A DNA stretch of 63,937 nucleotides, the filler included, from Octopus bimaculoides (Eukaryota): assembly GCF_001194135.2 (NCBI RefSeq). It is 6 parts of 6 records of this genome, joined end to end, with 100 filler letters (N's around TTAATTAATTAA, not from the genome) between each part and the next. Parts side by side here need not be neighbours in the genome. Positions count along the whole stretch, not along the records: positions 8,574 to 27,185 come from NC_068991.1; positions 27,286 to 53,921 come from NC_068982.1; 4 more parts are not named here. The stretch is one strand, 5' to 3'. Within the stretch, counting starts at the first letter, position 1. Each line of letters begins with the position of its first letter. The notes beneath the pieces were generated by a model, which was not told the DNA's origin, did not search any database, and saw only the letters and a program-made list of their open reading frames with translations. Of this stretch, positions 24,395 to 37,092 are shown in pieces. The translations under genes and the position numbers were made by a program.

Positions 24395-27095
24395 ATAATA
24401 TCTGTTCAAGGACATCGACTTCTAAGAAGAAAACAATTGCTTAACTTCAGCCACGTTCTGATCAGTTTTTGTCCTGCAGTCATTTTATCGATCCAACAAG
24501 AAGGAGACATAAAAATCAATTCTAGACGGATTTGATCTTCGCACATACAAAGGCGTAACGAAATACTGTAGAATGCGTTGTATCTACCATTGTTAGTATC
24601 TCGCATTTCATCACCAGCTAACAAAGGAACTTATATATGGTAGTCTGATCTGCTAGTAATAGCAGCTATCTTCCTTTAAATCAAATCAGTATCTTTATAA
24701 AAAATAATGCAGTCTTACATATTTGGTGATCGAGTTGGTAGAATTGTTCCAACGCAAGACAAAATGCCTTGTGATATTGCATCTAGTTCTATATATTCTG
24801 AAGGAATGTCTTGATTGATTGACCTGCTAAAAATAGCAACCGAATGCTCACAAATCAGTACATATTGTGTTGGGAAAAGAAACACGATATTAGATAATAT
24901 TGTCCAAGATATTCTTAAAAAGAGAGTATGCTCACACCTGAAATGTTACTGATTAGAGATCATTGCTAAAGTGGAGATAATTAACAGCTATGAATACATA
25001 ATGTAACGATATATTTAAAGTTTTTAAAGTGTTGCTTCAATAAAAGATAGAAGTAAGTAAGGCTATGAATTTTTCCGTAACACAAATTTTTCCGTAACAC
25101 AAACGCAGACACAAACACACGCACTAACACACGTTGTTCGCATACCCAAGATTGTCTTCGTTTTTCATGTTTTTTTTATTTCATGTTGTTTACGTTTTGT
25201 GACGTCCTGTATATACATATATATGTATGTATGTACAGATATGTATGTATATATAAGTATATATATGTATGTATCTATGTATAGATATATATACATAAGT
25301 ATATTTATGTGTGTGTGTATGTATGCGCACATATGTATACATACTTTAATGTTTGTGCTTAAGTGCGTTTGTATATCAAAAATATGTGTGTATATGTTTG
25401 TCTGTAAATCTCGAACATTTAAAAACATCAAGGTCAACATTAGCCATCGAGTCAGTTTTAAAATGATACTTCAATATCGGTAATACGATACTCTCTAACA
25501 CCGATGACAAAATTTTATTTTCGTATCATGTTATAAACGAGGAAAATTTACAACAGTAAAACTTAGCAACAAGAGTAGATAAGTAAAAATACCATTCCCA
25601 AGGCGACTCAAGTTATTAAAAAAAATATAAATGAAATGAAGTATTTTACTCTCTTGCTTTCTCCAGATAAAATAGTATTGTCTGTGTCGTGTTTATTTTA
25701 TTTTTATTGTCATTATTTTGTTTGAAACAAGGTCGGCTGTTATTTTTAGCAGTTATGATCTTAATGCCTAGTAATACGATTACATGTAGTACACGAAAAT
25801 TGGGGTCAGTTCAACAGACATGTTGTCTGTGACACATACTTTAACATTTATAGTGTAACCATTTCTTCTTCTGTTAGCTGTCAACTTTCTTAAGTAGTGA
25901 TGTAACCTTCTAGCGAGACAAAAGTGTCAAACGAACTCTTTTCTTTCTAAAAAAATCAAAGAAATAATATCTAATTTCATTTAAAAGCGCTTCCTGGGTA
26001 TCTTTCTTTTTTCTTTTATTGGTATACTTAATCGCTCTGTGTAATTTGTTTTTTCAAATGTTAAAGTCTAATATCAAACAATTTGACGTTGACAAAGGAA
26101 GGAAACTTCAGGAAACGAACCATTAAACAGAGGGACAATAAATAAAGCTATGTAGAAAGACAAATAATATAAGTAAAGCAAGAAAAGAAACCGTATATTT
26201 TAAATTGAGGATATTATGTTTATACTACAAGCAATTATGTAATTATAATGTAGTTTCGATAAAAAATAACCTGTTAGGAGTTTGTGTACAAATTATTTCT
26301 TGTACAAATTATTTCCATTACAAATCATATCGTCGTAGTTTATTTTTCTTTTATTTTTATGGGTTTTTTTTTTCTGTAAGGAGGAATATATATGTCTTTC
26401 AGAAAATCATTTAAAGAAAATATCTAAGAAATAAAGATAGCAAAAAAGATTATAAAATATTTGTTGAAGCTGTGATTCGTATTTATTATTTTTTTTTTAG
26501 TTTTCGTTTTTTTTTATCTGCCAAGGTTGTCTCCACAACTATAAAATTTAAAATACCACTGAAACGCAAGTTATTATATTTCGTAAGGTGATTTATACCA
26601 GAGCGATAATAACAAGTCAAACGAAAATGTATTAGAGGAAAGAAAAACATACCCATACCTATAGAAGAAATGAGTGTGTTTATTCAAAATACCCCTGGCA
26701 ATATCCAAGAAAGCAAAAATGAACAGAAAACAAAAGAATCGTTCGTTTTCTATGCTATTGACATTTTTTCTGTATGCTTATGTATCTAAGGGGCCTTAAT
26801 GTAGCGGAAATTCAGAAACGTAACGTATATCGCACTTGGAATCGTTTAAAATGTGGTAAATCTGTGAAATAGCTTCGAAGTGTTTCCGGATAAATTACAT
26901 AAACAAGGCTTACCAGAAATACATATAAACATAAATTTTGCAAACAAGCAAAGAAATATTGAAGCAGTCAGCCAAAATAATTCTCTAGAATTTATAAAAA
27001 CAAAAAAATGAAAACTCGAAGTAGTTGACATTACATGATGGGGAGAAATTTATATAATTTTCAGTGTCTGCGAATATGTGTGCGTTTGTGTGTTT

Positions 27096-27134
<39 letters not shown>

Positions 27135-27407
27135 TGTGTATGTGTGTGTGTGTGTCTGTGTGTGTATGACAGAGAGAGAGAGGGGNNNNNNNNNNNNNNN
27201 NNNNNNNNNNNNNNNNNNNNNNNNNNNNNTTAATTAATTAANNNNNNNNNNNNNNNNNNNNNNNNNNNNNNNNNNNNNNNNNNNNCCATCTTGCTCACCC
27301 CCCCCACCTCCCACACTTACAGACATTTTATTTTTACCTTGTTTTACATATTCATTGTTCTAAGGTGGTGTTACATTATTTTCCACTTACTAACACTCGT
27401 TAATTAT

Positions 27408-27995
27408 GGAGGCAGGCGTGGCTGTGTGGTAAGAAGCTTGCTTCCTCAACCACGTGGCTCCAGGTTCAGTCCCACTGCATGGCACCTTGGGCAAGTGTCT
27501 TCTACTATAGCCTCAGGCCGACCAAAGCCTTGTGAGTGGATTTGGTCGACGGAAACTGAAAGAAGGCAGCGAGCTGGCAGAAATGTTAGCATGGGCGAAA
27601 TGCTTAGCGGTATTTCATCTGCCACTACGTTCTGAGTTCGAATTCCGCTGAGGTCGACTTTGCCTTTCATCCTTTCAGGGTCAATTAAATAAGTACCAGT
27701 TACGCACTGGGATCGATATAATCGACTTAATCCATTTGTCTGTCCTTATTTGTCCCCTCTGTGTGTAGCCCCTTGTGGGCAGTAAAGAAATAAGAATCAT
27801 TAGCACACCGGGCGAAATGTTTAGTGGTATTTTGTCTGTCTTTATGTTCTGAGTTCAAATTCCGCCGAGGTCGACTTTGCTTTTCATCATTTCGGGGTCA
27901 TACCAGTTACGCACTGGGGTCGATATAATCGATATAATCAACTTAATCCAATTATCTGTCCTTGTTTGTCCCCTTGTGGGCAGTAAAGAAATAAG
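27408..27995 (+). mobile_element. Type A SINE head fused to a type B SINE, followed by a second type B copy
   Basis: A head runs to ACTGAAAGAAG and continues directly as GCAGCGAGCTGGCAGAAATGTTAGC (B). The second B copy starts at about 27797. Confidence 0.85.
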
Positions 27996-28319
27996 GAAGT
28001 GAAAGAAGCCGGTCATGTGTGTGTGTATCTGTGTTTGTCCCCCACCACTGCTTGACAACTGGTGTTGGTGTGTTTACATCCCTATAACTTAGCTGTTCAG
28101 CCAAAGAGACCGACAGAATAAGCACCAGACTTAAAAAATAAGTCCTGGGTTTGATTCATTTCACAAAAAATTCCTTAAGGCGGTGCCCCAGCATGGTCAG
28201 TCAAATGACTAAAACAAGTGAAAGAATAACACTTCATAAGTTTAATTATCATTAACTAACAATCGTTAATTAAATCCTTTTCCAAATGGTTACCAATTAA
28301 CATTCGTAACTCATTATTT

Positions 28320-28680
28320 TCTTTTACTTCTTGTTTCAATCATTGAACTGTGGCCATGCTGGGGCACCAAATACAAGAATTTTAGTCAAACATCTATCCC
28401 AGTACTTTTCTATCACACTGGTAACACTGGTACTTATTTTATCAGTCACCACTGCCAAACCACTAAGTTACAGGAACATAAACAAACCAACACCAGTTAT
28501 GAAGGGTAGGACACAAAGACACTCACGTTTACATACAATAAGCTTCCATACAGTTTCCATCTACCTAATTCATTCACAAGGCTTTGGTCAGCTTGAGGTT
28601 ATGAAGAAGATACTTGCCTACGGTGCCACAAGGTAGGACTGAACCTGGAACCATGTGGTTCGGAAGCCATGCCTGCACCT
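28320..28680 (-). mobile_element. Diverged type A SINE
   Basis: TACTTCTTGTTTCAATCATTGAACTGTGGCCATGCTGG tail through GAACCTGGAACCATGTGG head (reverse). Confidence 0.75.
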
Positions 28681-29093
28681 ATTGTTCAACTTAATGTTCA
28701 TAAGTTAACACTCACTAATTAATTCATCTTAACTAACAATGACTAAGTAAGTCCTCTTTCTCATAACTTATTAATTAACATTCTTAACTTGTTAAGCATC
28801 TTTCTGTTGGTTAACACCCAATAGCTAAAACTCATTAATTGCTTTTTATTAACAATTATTAGCTAATTCTATATCTAAGTCTTCTTTCTAATACTTATTA
28901 ATTGATATCCTTAGCTAACTCGTTAGGCAACTTTCTCTCAGATAACATTATCTAACATATTAATTTAGTCCGTAATTAAGTAACCTTAGTAATACTCATT
29001 AACTAACCCATTAAAAAACTTCTTAACTTGTTACTAATAATGTTAATTGTCCTCACACATTAACTAACTCCATTTCTTAAATTCGTGAGTTAA

Positions 29094-29314
29094 CCCTTTT
29101 GATACCAACCTGGCTGAAACCGGTTCTGGCTCTGTAGTACAGATGTCTTGTTTTCATAAGTTTTGAATTAAAATCTTCCACCAAGCCTTAGCCACAATTT
29201 ATGTTCCTAACACTATCTTAATGATAACCAAATTATTTTACTAAATTCTTTGTGATACTTAAAGTAATTGAAAGAAAAACAGAGCATCTCAAAATTAATA
29301 CAGTAATGAAAGGG
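29094..29314. mobile_element. piggyBac-type MITE (221 bp)
   Basis: TTAA|CCCTTT...AAAGGG|TTAA with TTAA at 29090-93 and 29315-18; partial second copy at 44459-44602. Confidence 0.85.
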
Positions 29315-29444
29315 TTAAATGATTTTTATATTCATTAATTAACTAACACTTATTTGATAACTCATTAGCTCTTCATAATTAAGACTCTTAGCTCCTCATT
29401 AATTAATCCCCTTCTTCTCACTTATGTTTTTAACTTAGAGGTCA

Positions 29445-29722
29445 TTACAATTACAAGAGTTCCAGTTGATTGAGGAATGGAATAGCCTGCTCGTGATATT
29501 AACATGCAAAGTGGCTGAGCACTCCACAGACATGCATACCCTTTATGTACTTCTCAGGGAGATTCAGTGACATATCTGGCCCCTTTGAAATACAGGTACA
29601 ACTCATTTTTGCCAGCTGAGTGGATTGGGGCAATGTGAAATAAAGTGTCTTGCTCAAGGACACAACACCACCAGGTACCAAACACATGAGCTGCACACTA
29701 ACCACTAAGTCATGCACCTTCA
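29445..29722 (-). mobile_element. Type C tRNA-derived SINE
   Basis: Contains the TGTCCTTGAGCAAGACACTTTA central domain on minus; other copies at 40720-41040 and 63470-63682. Confidence 0.8.
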
Positions 29723-29743
29723 CTCCTAACTAATTAGCTAATT

Positions 29744-31235
29744 AATCATCATCATCATCGCTTAACGTCCGTTTTCCATGCTGGCATGGGTTGGACGGTT
29801 TGATTGAGGACTGGTGAGCCAGAAGGCTGCACCAGGCTCCAATCTGATCTGGCAATGTTTCTACAGCTGGATGCCCNNNNNNNNNNNNNNNNNNNNNNNN
29901 NNNNNNNNNNNNNNNNNNNNNNNNNNNNNNNNNNNNNNNNNNNNNNNNNNNNNNNNNNNNNNNNNNNNNNNNNNNNNNNNNNNNNNNNNNNNNNNNNNNN
30001 NNNNNNNNNNNNNNNNNNNNNNNNNNNNNNNNNNNNNNNNNNNNNNNNNNNNNNNNNNNNNNNNNNNNNNNNNNNNNNNNNNNNNNNNNNNNNNNNNNNN
30101 NNNNNNNNNNNNNNNNNNNNNNNNNNNNNNNNNNNNNNNNNNNNNNNNNNNNNNNNNNNNNNNNNNNNNNNNNNNNNNNNNNNNNNNNNNNNNNNNNNNN
30201 NNNNNNNNNNNNNNNNNNNNNNNNNNNNNNNNNNNNNNNNNNNNNNNNNNNNNNNNNNNNNNNNNNNNNNNNNNNNNNNNNNNNNNNNNNNNNNNNNNNN
30301 NNNNNNNNNNNNNNNNNNNNNNNNNNNNNNNNNNNNNNNNNNNNNNNNNNNNNNNNNNNNNNNNNNNNNNNNNNNNNNNNNNNNNNNNNNNNNNNNNNNN
30401 NNNNNNNNNNNNNNNNNNNNNNNNNNNNNNNNNNNNNNNNNNNNNNNNNNNNNNNNNNNNNNNNNNNNNNNNNNNNNNNNNNNNNNNNNNNNNNNNNNNN
30501 NNNNNNNNNNNNNNNNNNNNNNNNNNNNNNNNNNNNNNNNNNNNNNNNNNNNNNNNNNNNNNNNNNNNNNNNNNNNNNNNNNNNNNNNNNNNNNNNNNNN
30601 NNNNNNNNNNNNNNNNNNNNNNNNNNNNNNNNNNNNNNNNNNNNNNNNNNNNNNNNNNNNNNNNNNNNNNNNNNNNNNNNNNNNNNNNNNNNNNNNNNNN
30701 NNNNNNNNNNNNNNNNNNNNNNNNNNNNNNNNNNNNNNNNNNNNNNNNNNNNNNNNNNNNNNNNNNNNNNNNNNNNNNNNNNNNNNNNNNNNNNNNNNNN
30801 NNNNNNNNNNNNNNNNNNNNNNNNNNNNNNNNNNNNNNNNNNNNNNNNNNNNNNNNNNNNNNNNNCACCACAACTGATGCTTCTAATGTTCAGCTTTTCT
30901 CTCAAGATACTTACACTCTGACGGGTATTCACATTGACATTACACATCCAACGGAGCATACTGGCTTCATTCCTTGCGAGCTTACGTATGTCCTCAGCAG
31001 TTACAGCCCATGTTTCACTGCCATGTAGCATGGCTGTTCGTACGCATGCGTCATACAGTCTGCCTTTTACTCTGAGTGAGAGTCCCTTTGTCGCCAGCAG
31101 GGGTAAGAGCTCTCTAAACTTTGCCCAGGCTATTCTTATTCTAGCAGCTACACTTTCAGCACACCCAGCCCCACTACTAACTTGGTTGCCCAGATAGCGG
31201 AAGCTATCGACTACCTCTAGTTTTTCACCCTGGTA
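29744..31235 (-). mobile_element. 5'-truncated RTE-clade LINE (gap-interrupted) with 3' UTR and (GAT)n tail
   Basis: LEVVDSFRYLG...ARIRIAWAKFRELLPLL...KGRLYDACVRTAMLHGSETWAV...EASMLRWMC is open-frame; tail at 29744-29876. Confidence 0.92.
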
Positions 31236-32028
31236 AAAACCCAGAACCAAATGGTTGCAATGCAAACTTCTTAAAATACAATTAAGTCTTTGTTCCCCCA
31301 CCCGCGCGCGGACGCGCGTGTCTTGAGAGAGAGAGAAAAAAACTCTCTTAACTGACACTAAAGCCTAGAAGGAACTATTTAAGACTATTTCACAGAACAT
31401 GATCAAAGAATCATAATTAAAAACTTGTGTCTTAGGAGGGTCATTGTGCCAATGATAACAACACACACACTCATTGGTTTAATATTCAACAAACTATTTG
31501 ATCATTTGTTTAATGTGCTGGTTAAACAATCAATCGATTGTTTTTTAGTCAAAGTCCTTTTGTCTGACTAGTAAACAACCAATCGATTGCTTAACCATCA
31601 CATTAAACAAACGATCAATCAGTTAGTTGGTTAGATATTAAAAAGCAAGTGACTAACAACAAAGAAGTGAAAAAGAACCAGTGCATGTGTTTATTATTAT
31701 TGGTGTGATGACCCTCCCAAGAAACAAGATTTGCTTCAACACACAAATTCGCATAAGAATCATGAAAACCAAATACAAAACAAAAATAATTTTATTAAAA
31801 ACCTTTATTAAAATATCTTTATCTCATGGAATTCTGAAATTTGTTCAATCTTGAAATATGTCTCACCAATTAATCGATACCTTCTATCATGTCAATGAAT
31901 TTTCTGTCTGAAAGGGTTTCTTAAACCCAATGATTTAGATATTATTCTCTATAGCTGTATGTGATGTGCTTTGAGATCCACTGTTCCCACTAAGAATTAT
32001 TTCCCATTCTCTCTAAAGTTTATAAAAC

Positions 32029-32196
32029 TCCTATGACATCAATGAAATGCATGTACCAACACCACCCAAAAATGTATACCTTAAGGAGGTTATCAGCAAA
32101 ATAACCAACTTCACCCACCACTTGCGTTGGAAGGCAATATTCTACGATAAAAACGCCCATAATGAGCCACAAAGCCACAACAATAACATTACATAA
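32029..32196 (+). mobile_element. Penelope-like ORF N-terminal fragment
   Basis: SYDINEMHVPTPPKNVYLKEVISKITNFTHHLRWKAIFY resembles the YSxKNIPxP...YLK.LI.K...F..R.RWKA.FF leader of PLE ORFs. Confidence 0.65.
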
Positions 32197-32483
32197 TCTC
32201 TACCTAATTAACTAAATTAATGGCTAACTAGCGCAATCGACCTGTTTCTTCCTGTGTTTGTTTCTCCATTCTCTACATGATTATAATTATAAACTGCGGT
32301 TTACACGATAAATTACCTGCCTCTGGATACCTTCTAACAAAGACGGTACCCACACAGGTAATCTCCAGGAGTGCCTTCGGATTTAATTATCCCTTAGTTG
32401 TTTAAACACTTCTAGCCTATCACTTGAATGTTTAAACAATCGTAACTTATACCTATCTATCTATCTATCTATCTATCGATATA

Positions 32484-32519
<36 letters not shown>

Positions 32520-33154
32520 TGTATGTATCTATCTATCTATATAATTATTATAAGATCTGGTAATTAGTCATATATTAATATATTAATTAATATCGATTAA
32601 TTATCAGGNNNNNNNNNNNNNNNNNNNNNNNNNNNNNNNNNNNNNNNNNNNNNNNNNNNNNNNNNNNNNNNNNNNNNNNNNNNNNNNNNNNNNNNNNNNN
32701 NNNNNNNNNNNNNNNNNNNNNNNNNNNNNNNNNNNNNNNNNNNNNNNNNNNNNNNNNNNNNNNNNNNNNNNNNNNNNNNNNNNNNNNNNNNNNNNNNNNN
32801 NNNNNNNNNNNNNNNNNNNNNNNNNNNNNNNNNNNNNNNNNNNNNNNNNNNNNNNNNNNNNNNNNNNNNNNNNNNNNNNNNNNNNNNNNNNNNNNNNNNN
32901 NNNNNNNNNNNNNNNNNNNNNNNNNNNNNNNNNNNNNNNNNNNNNNNNNNNNNNNNNNNNNNNNNNNNNNNNNNNNNNNNNNNNNNNNNNNNNNNNNNNN
33001 NNNNNNNNNNNNNNNNNNNNNNNNNNNNNNNNNNNNNNNNNNNNNNNNNNNNNNNNNNNNNNNNNNNNNNNNNNNNNNNNNNNNNNNNNNNNNNNNNNNN
33101 NNNNNNNNNNNNNNNNNNNNNNNNNNNNNNNNNNNNNNNNNNNNNNNNNNNNNN

Positions 33155-33223
<69 letters not shown>

Positions 33224-33654
33224 GTGTGTGTGTGTATGTAGTTGTACAAAATGCCACTGTATTGTTAAATGGTTAAATGTTACACATGAGGTATGTAGTC
33301 TTCTTCTATCCTTTTGGTGTTGTGATACAATTATGAACGTACTTTAACCTATTTTAATTAAGATGAAAGGAAAATATAAAATCTGAAACGAAAAAGCAAG
33401 ATGAGAAAATTTTAAATATAATAATTAATATCTAATAAAATAATAATTAATTAAGAAATTTAATATATGATTTTATTGAAAGGTGTTGGCAACAGTACTC
33501 TAGTGGTTATACTTCAATCACAGTTTAAGTTTTTGTGTTTGTAACATTGACTACTACAGTATAGGTAGTAGTATACAAGCGATTATACTATAACCCAGGC
33601 CACAACAATACAGATACTACTATACTAGTACCTATGCATTCAAGTCCCATGTCT

Positions 33655-34500
33655 TGTTACCATGCAGCATTGCACTTCTTACACAAGCCTCATACAGTCT
33701 GCCCTTCACCTTGAGGAAGAAGCATTTCTGGCAAGCAGGGGTAATAGTTCCCTAACCTTTTCCTATCCTGTTCTTACTCTGGAGACTATGCTTTTAGAAG
33801 ACCCACCCCACCCCACTGATAATTTGGTCATCTTAGTTAACAGAAGCAATCAACTAAGTCCAGGCTCCCTTTTCAGCATTTAAAAGGATCTGTTTTCTAT
33901 GAGTTCCCTCAATATTTATTACCCCTGTACCCATATAGAGTCCATGTTCTCTGTCAGCCTGCTACACTTCCCGTGCACCCAGTTTAAACTGGGTACACTG
34001 TACAGTATTCCTACCGACCCCTTTTCTGCACCCGAAGCATCACCTTCTCCCTAATGATCACAGAGTCCTGTCTTTCTTAAACTTTAGTCCGTACCAAGTT
34101 TTGAGGTCTTTCAATTCCACATTTTGTTTCCAGATCTGAAATTTCCAAATCTTTTACAGATTAAACAAAGTCACCAGCAGACAGACATTCTGGTGAAAGG
34201 ACTGCAATGAACAAGAAAAGATTAAGGACTGAGCTCTAAAGGACCCCATTGTGTATACTAAATTCATTGCTGAACTTGTTACTGACTACATCTCTGTGCA
34301 CAGTTTGTACGGCCCTCACGAGCAATTCATTTACTCCCAGATTCCTTCGTTCTCATAATGTTATTTGAACACATCCCTTAAATATCATCAGCTACAATAA
34401 GGAGAGCAATGTCCTTCATCTTGGATGTCGCCAACAGAAGGGGGTCATAAGAGCTGTCCTTCAGTTCGTCTGCCTGCACTGATTGTGGTGTGGATGACTG
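33655..34500 (-). mobile_element. Decayed RTE LINE RT region, same family as 29744-31235
   Basis: Remnants of GVxQGSVLxxLLFIAVL, LYADD-like (CLSAGDFV) and CRKGVGRNTVQCTQ motifs with many frameshifts. Confidence 0.8.
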
Positions 34501-34762
34501 TCAGGAATTCATTGATGAGAAACAGCAGGATTTAAAACCGGTTTACTAGAATTTAATTAAAAACCCTTTCCTCATGGAAAACTTCCTCGATGAACAAGCA
34601 GTTTGTTAAAACAGACATCATTTAAATTTGATGTTTAATATTCCCACAAAACTACAGAAATTCTGAAACCAACCTTTAACCATCCAGTATTTTTCTGTTC
34701 AGTTCTTCTCTGACAAAAGTTGTGCATAATGTGGTTACAATTACATTATCCAGTATGACCTT

Positions 34763-34774
34763 TTTATTTTTATT
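34763..34774 (-). terminator. Tandem AATAAA-AATAAA candidate polyadenylation signal of the ARSB-like gene
   Basis: The plus strand reads tttatt tttatt about 130 nt after the stop codon. Confidence 0.55.
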
Positions 34775-34905
34775 TTAAATGATGAGACATGTTATACAGG
34801 GGATTTCACTGTTATTTCTAGCATGTCATGTGACCACATAGCCTTCTTTATTAACTCAAAGGAATTTATAGAAAAACTACAACTCACCTGTAATTATCTT
34901 AAAAA

Positions 34906-35168
34906 TTACTGCCATGGGCCCCAGAAACCTCCGTGGAAATTGGGATTAGAAGCTGGATCTCCATTCGGAAATCGAGGCTTCACAGCTGTAGCATTATAGA
35001 GGGCCAAGCGAGTAAGCATGAACTCCACAACATTAAGGTTTTCAAGTGAAACGTCATAGTACTCATTCGGGTCGGCTGTGATATTGAATAACCAGATATT
35101 TTTTAAAGGAGTCGCTTTGGAAAAGGTAGGTAAATTCAGGTGTGGTGGTGGAATCCATTTGTCGTTAC
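34906..35168 (-). CDS. ARSB: Arylsulfatase B-like, last coding exon (263 nt including TAA)
   Basis: (G)NDKWIPPPHLNLPTFSKATPLKNIWLFNITADPNEYYDVSLENLNVVEFMLTRLALYNATAVKPRFPNGDPASNPNFHGGFWGPWQ* ends in the ARSB/I/J-type WGPW terminus. Acceptor ttttaag. The seven exons sum to 1221 nt with consistent phases. Confidence 0.96.
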
Positions 35169-35329
35169 CTTAAAATAAAAATATAAACAAACATTTAAAT
35201 AACGCTTAGTTTTAGAATGGTGGCAGCTGATGAAGGAAATGTTCTCTATGTGGCCTGTGTGTTTTCTGTTCTGTTTTTCATTTTGTCCACATTTTTTTGT
35301 GACGTCCGATCATGGTCTATGCCAGCTCC

Positions 35330-35537
35330 TCTGGCCCCTGTGCCAGTGGCACGTAAACAGCACCCATTACACTCTTGGTGTGGTTGGCGTTAGGAAGGAC
35401 ATCCAGCTGTAGAAACTTTGCTAGATCAGACTAGGGCTTAGTGCAACCTCCTAACTTCCCAGACCCCAGTTGAACCATCCAACCCATGCCAGCATAGAAA
35501 ACAGACATAAACAATGATGATGATGATGATGATGATA
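35330..35537 (+). mobile_element. RTE-tail retroposon copy
   Basis: GGCGTTAGGAAGGACATCCAGCTGTAG...CCAACCCATGCCAGCAT...(GAT)n. Confidence 0.8.
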
Positions 35538-35948
35538 TACTCTTTTACTTGTTTCAGTCATTTGACTGCAGCCATGCTGGAGCACCGCCTTTAGTCGAGC
35601 AAATCGACCCTAAGACTTATTCTTTGGAAGCCTAGTACTTATTCTATCGCTCTCTTTTTGCCGAACCGCTAAGCTACGGGGACGTAAACACACCAGCATC
35701 AGTTGTCAAGCGATGATGGGGGGACAAACACAGACACACAAACACATACATACATACATACATATATATTTACACATATATACGACGGGCTTCTTTCAGT
35801 TTCCGTCTACCAAATCCACTCACAAGGCTTTGGTTGGCCCGAGGCTATAGTAGAAGACACTTGCGCAACATGCCACGCAGTGGGACTGAACCCGGAACCA
35901 TGTGGTTGGTAAGCAAGCTACATACCACACAGCCACTCCTGCGCCTAT
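35538..35948 (-). mobile_element. Full-length type A SINE, followed by an inverted tail copy at 35965-36180
   Basis: Complete head, (TA/CA) spacer and tail ending TGAAACAAGTAAAAGAG on minus. Confidence 0.9.
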
Positions 35949-36189
35949 AATATATGTGTGTGTGTGTGTGCGTGTCTGTGTGTTTGTTCCCCATCACCAC
36001 TTGACAACCAGTGTCGGTGGGCTTGTGTTCCCAAAACTTAGTTCAGCAAGGGAGACCAATAGAATAATCACAAGGCTTTGAAAAAAACATAAGTCCTGCG
36101 GTCGATTCATTCAACTAAAAATTCTTGAAGGTGTTGCCCCAGCATGGCCACAGTCTAACGACTGAAATAAGTATAAAGCAAAAAATTAC

Positions 36190-36620
36190 CCAGGAGCACC
36201 ACAAGTCATCAGAAAAAAGTAGCTGAAAGAAGTGCATGAAGAGTACATAAAAAAAGGGGTGGAGAAAAAGGGATCAGGTGTACTGTTGGTGAATTTTGGG
36301 GAGCTGCAAGTTTTGAAGGATGTAATGTCCCAACAGCAAACAACTGATGGGAGTAGTTTATTCCATGCTTTGGCAATTCTGAGTTTGAAAAAAAAAGGTT
36401 TCCAAAAGTCATGGGTGCTGTGTTGTATTTTTTTGATTTTGTAAGCATGTCCATGGGTGTTAGACATGGGATTCAAAATGGTGGCCAAGGTTGTTGTTGA
36501 AAAGATGGGGGATAATCTTGTGGGTGTCTCCCAAGTCAGTTGCCAGATGTTTGAGTTTTAATGTCCAGGGACGTCTTAAGATATGACTTCAGTGGTCAGT
36601 TTTTGATAAATCTAATAGTA
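36190..36620 (-). mobile_element. CR1/L2-group LINE 3' end
   Basis: NTHGHAYKIKK...LRIAKAWNKLLPSVVCCWDITSFK resembles the CR1 C-terminus. Confidence 0.75.
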
Positions 36621-36940
36621 TGAGCTGTGGCTGGTTAGTAATGTATTAGAATTTGATGAATATTTCTGGACTTAAGTTAACCAGGGTGTTATCATCTTAT
36701 AAAGATGGCTGGGTAGAATTTGAGGGAAATTTTGCTGTTTTTTCCCCATTTTGTGCTATTTCTTGGAAGCTTCAACATTAGCTTGAATTTTTTTTAGAGA
36801 AGGTCCAGTTACTTGTACATGAAAGGTCATCAATTAAACTGTTCAAAATGTAGGGAGGAAGTTGATGTCCCTTCAGAATTATAACCCTACTCACAAATAT
36901 CTCCCTATACATAGAAAACTTTGAAAAAGAATAAATTTAC

Positions 36941-37092
36941 CTGGATTCCCGGTGATAATTTTCCAGTCTCCATATCTAAGAGCAGCTCTTATACGGGTGT
37001 CAAATATATCGGGGAAATGAGATTGTCCTTTAGGTTTGTGTAAAGGGTCGATGTTGTGAAGAAGCTCTTTGCGGGCACTAGGGGTACCTTCA
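36941..37092 (-). CDS. ARSB: Arylsulfatase B-like, exon equivalent to human exons 6+7 (152 nt, phase 2 to 1)
   Basis: (S)EGTPSARKELLHNIDPLHKPKGQSHFPDIFDTRIRAALRYGDWKIITGNP(G). Acceptor ttttctag, donor GTAAAT. Confidence 0.96.

Larger units (their letters stand above)
28230..29440. repeat. Degenerate TTAA/TAAC-rich satellite-like tract interrupted by a SINE and a MITE
   Basis: Recurrent ttaactaa, taattaac and ctcattaa motifs with no fixed period. Confidence 0.55.

Noticed and set aside
34825-34834. GTCATGTGAC CLEAR/M-box-like motif in the 3' UTR
   Set aside because: A single short motif far from any promoter, compatible with chance.
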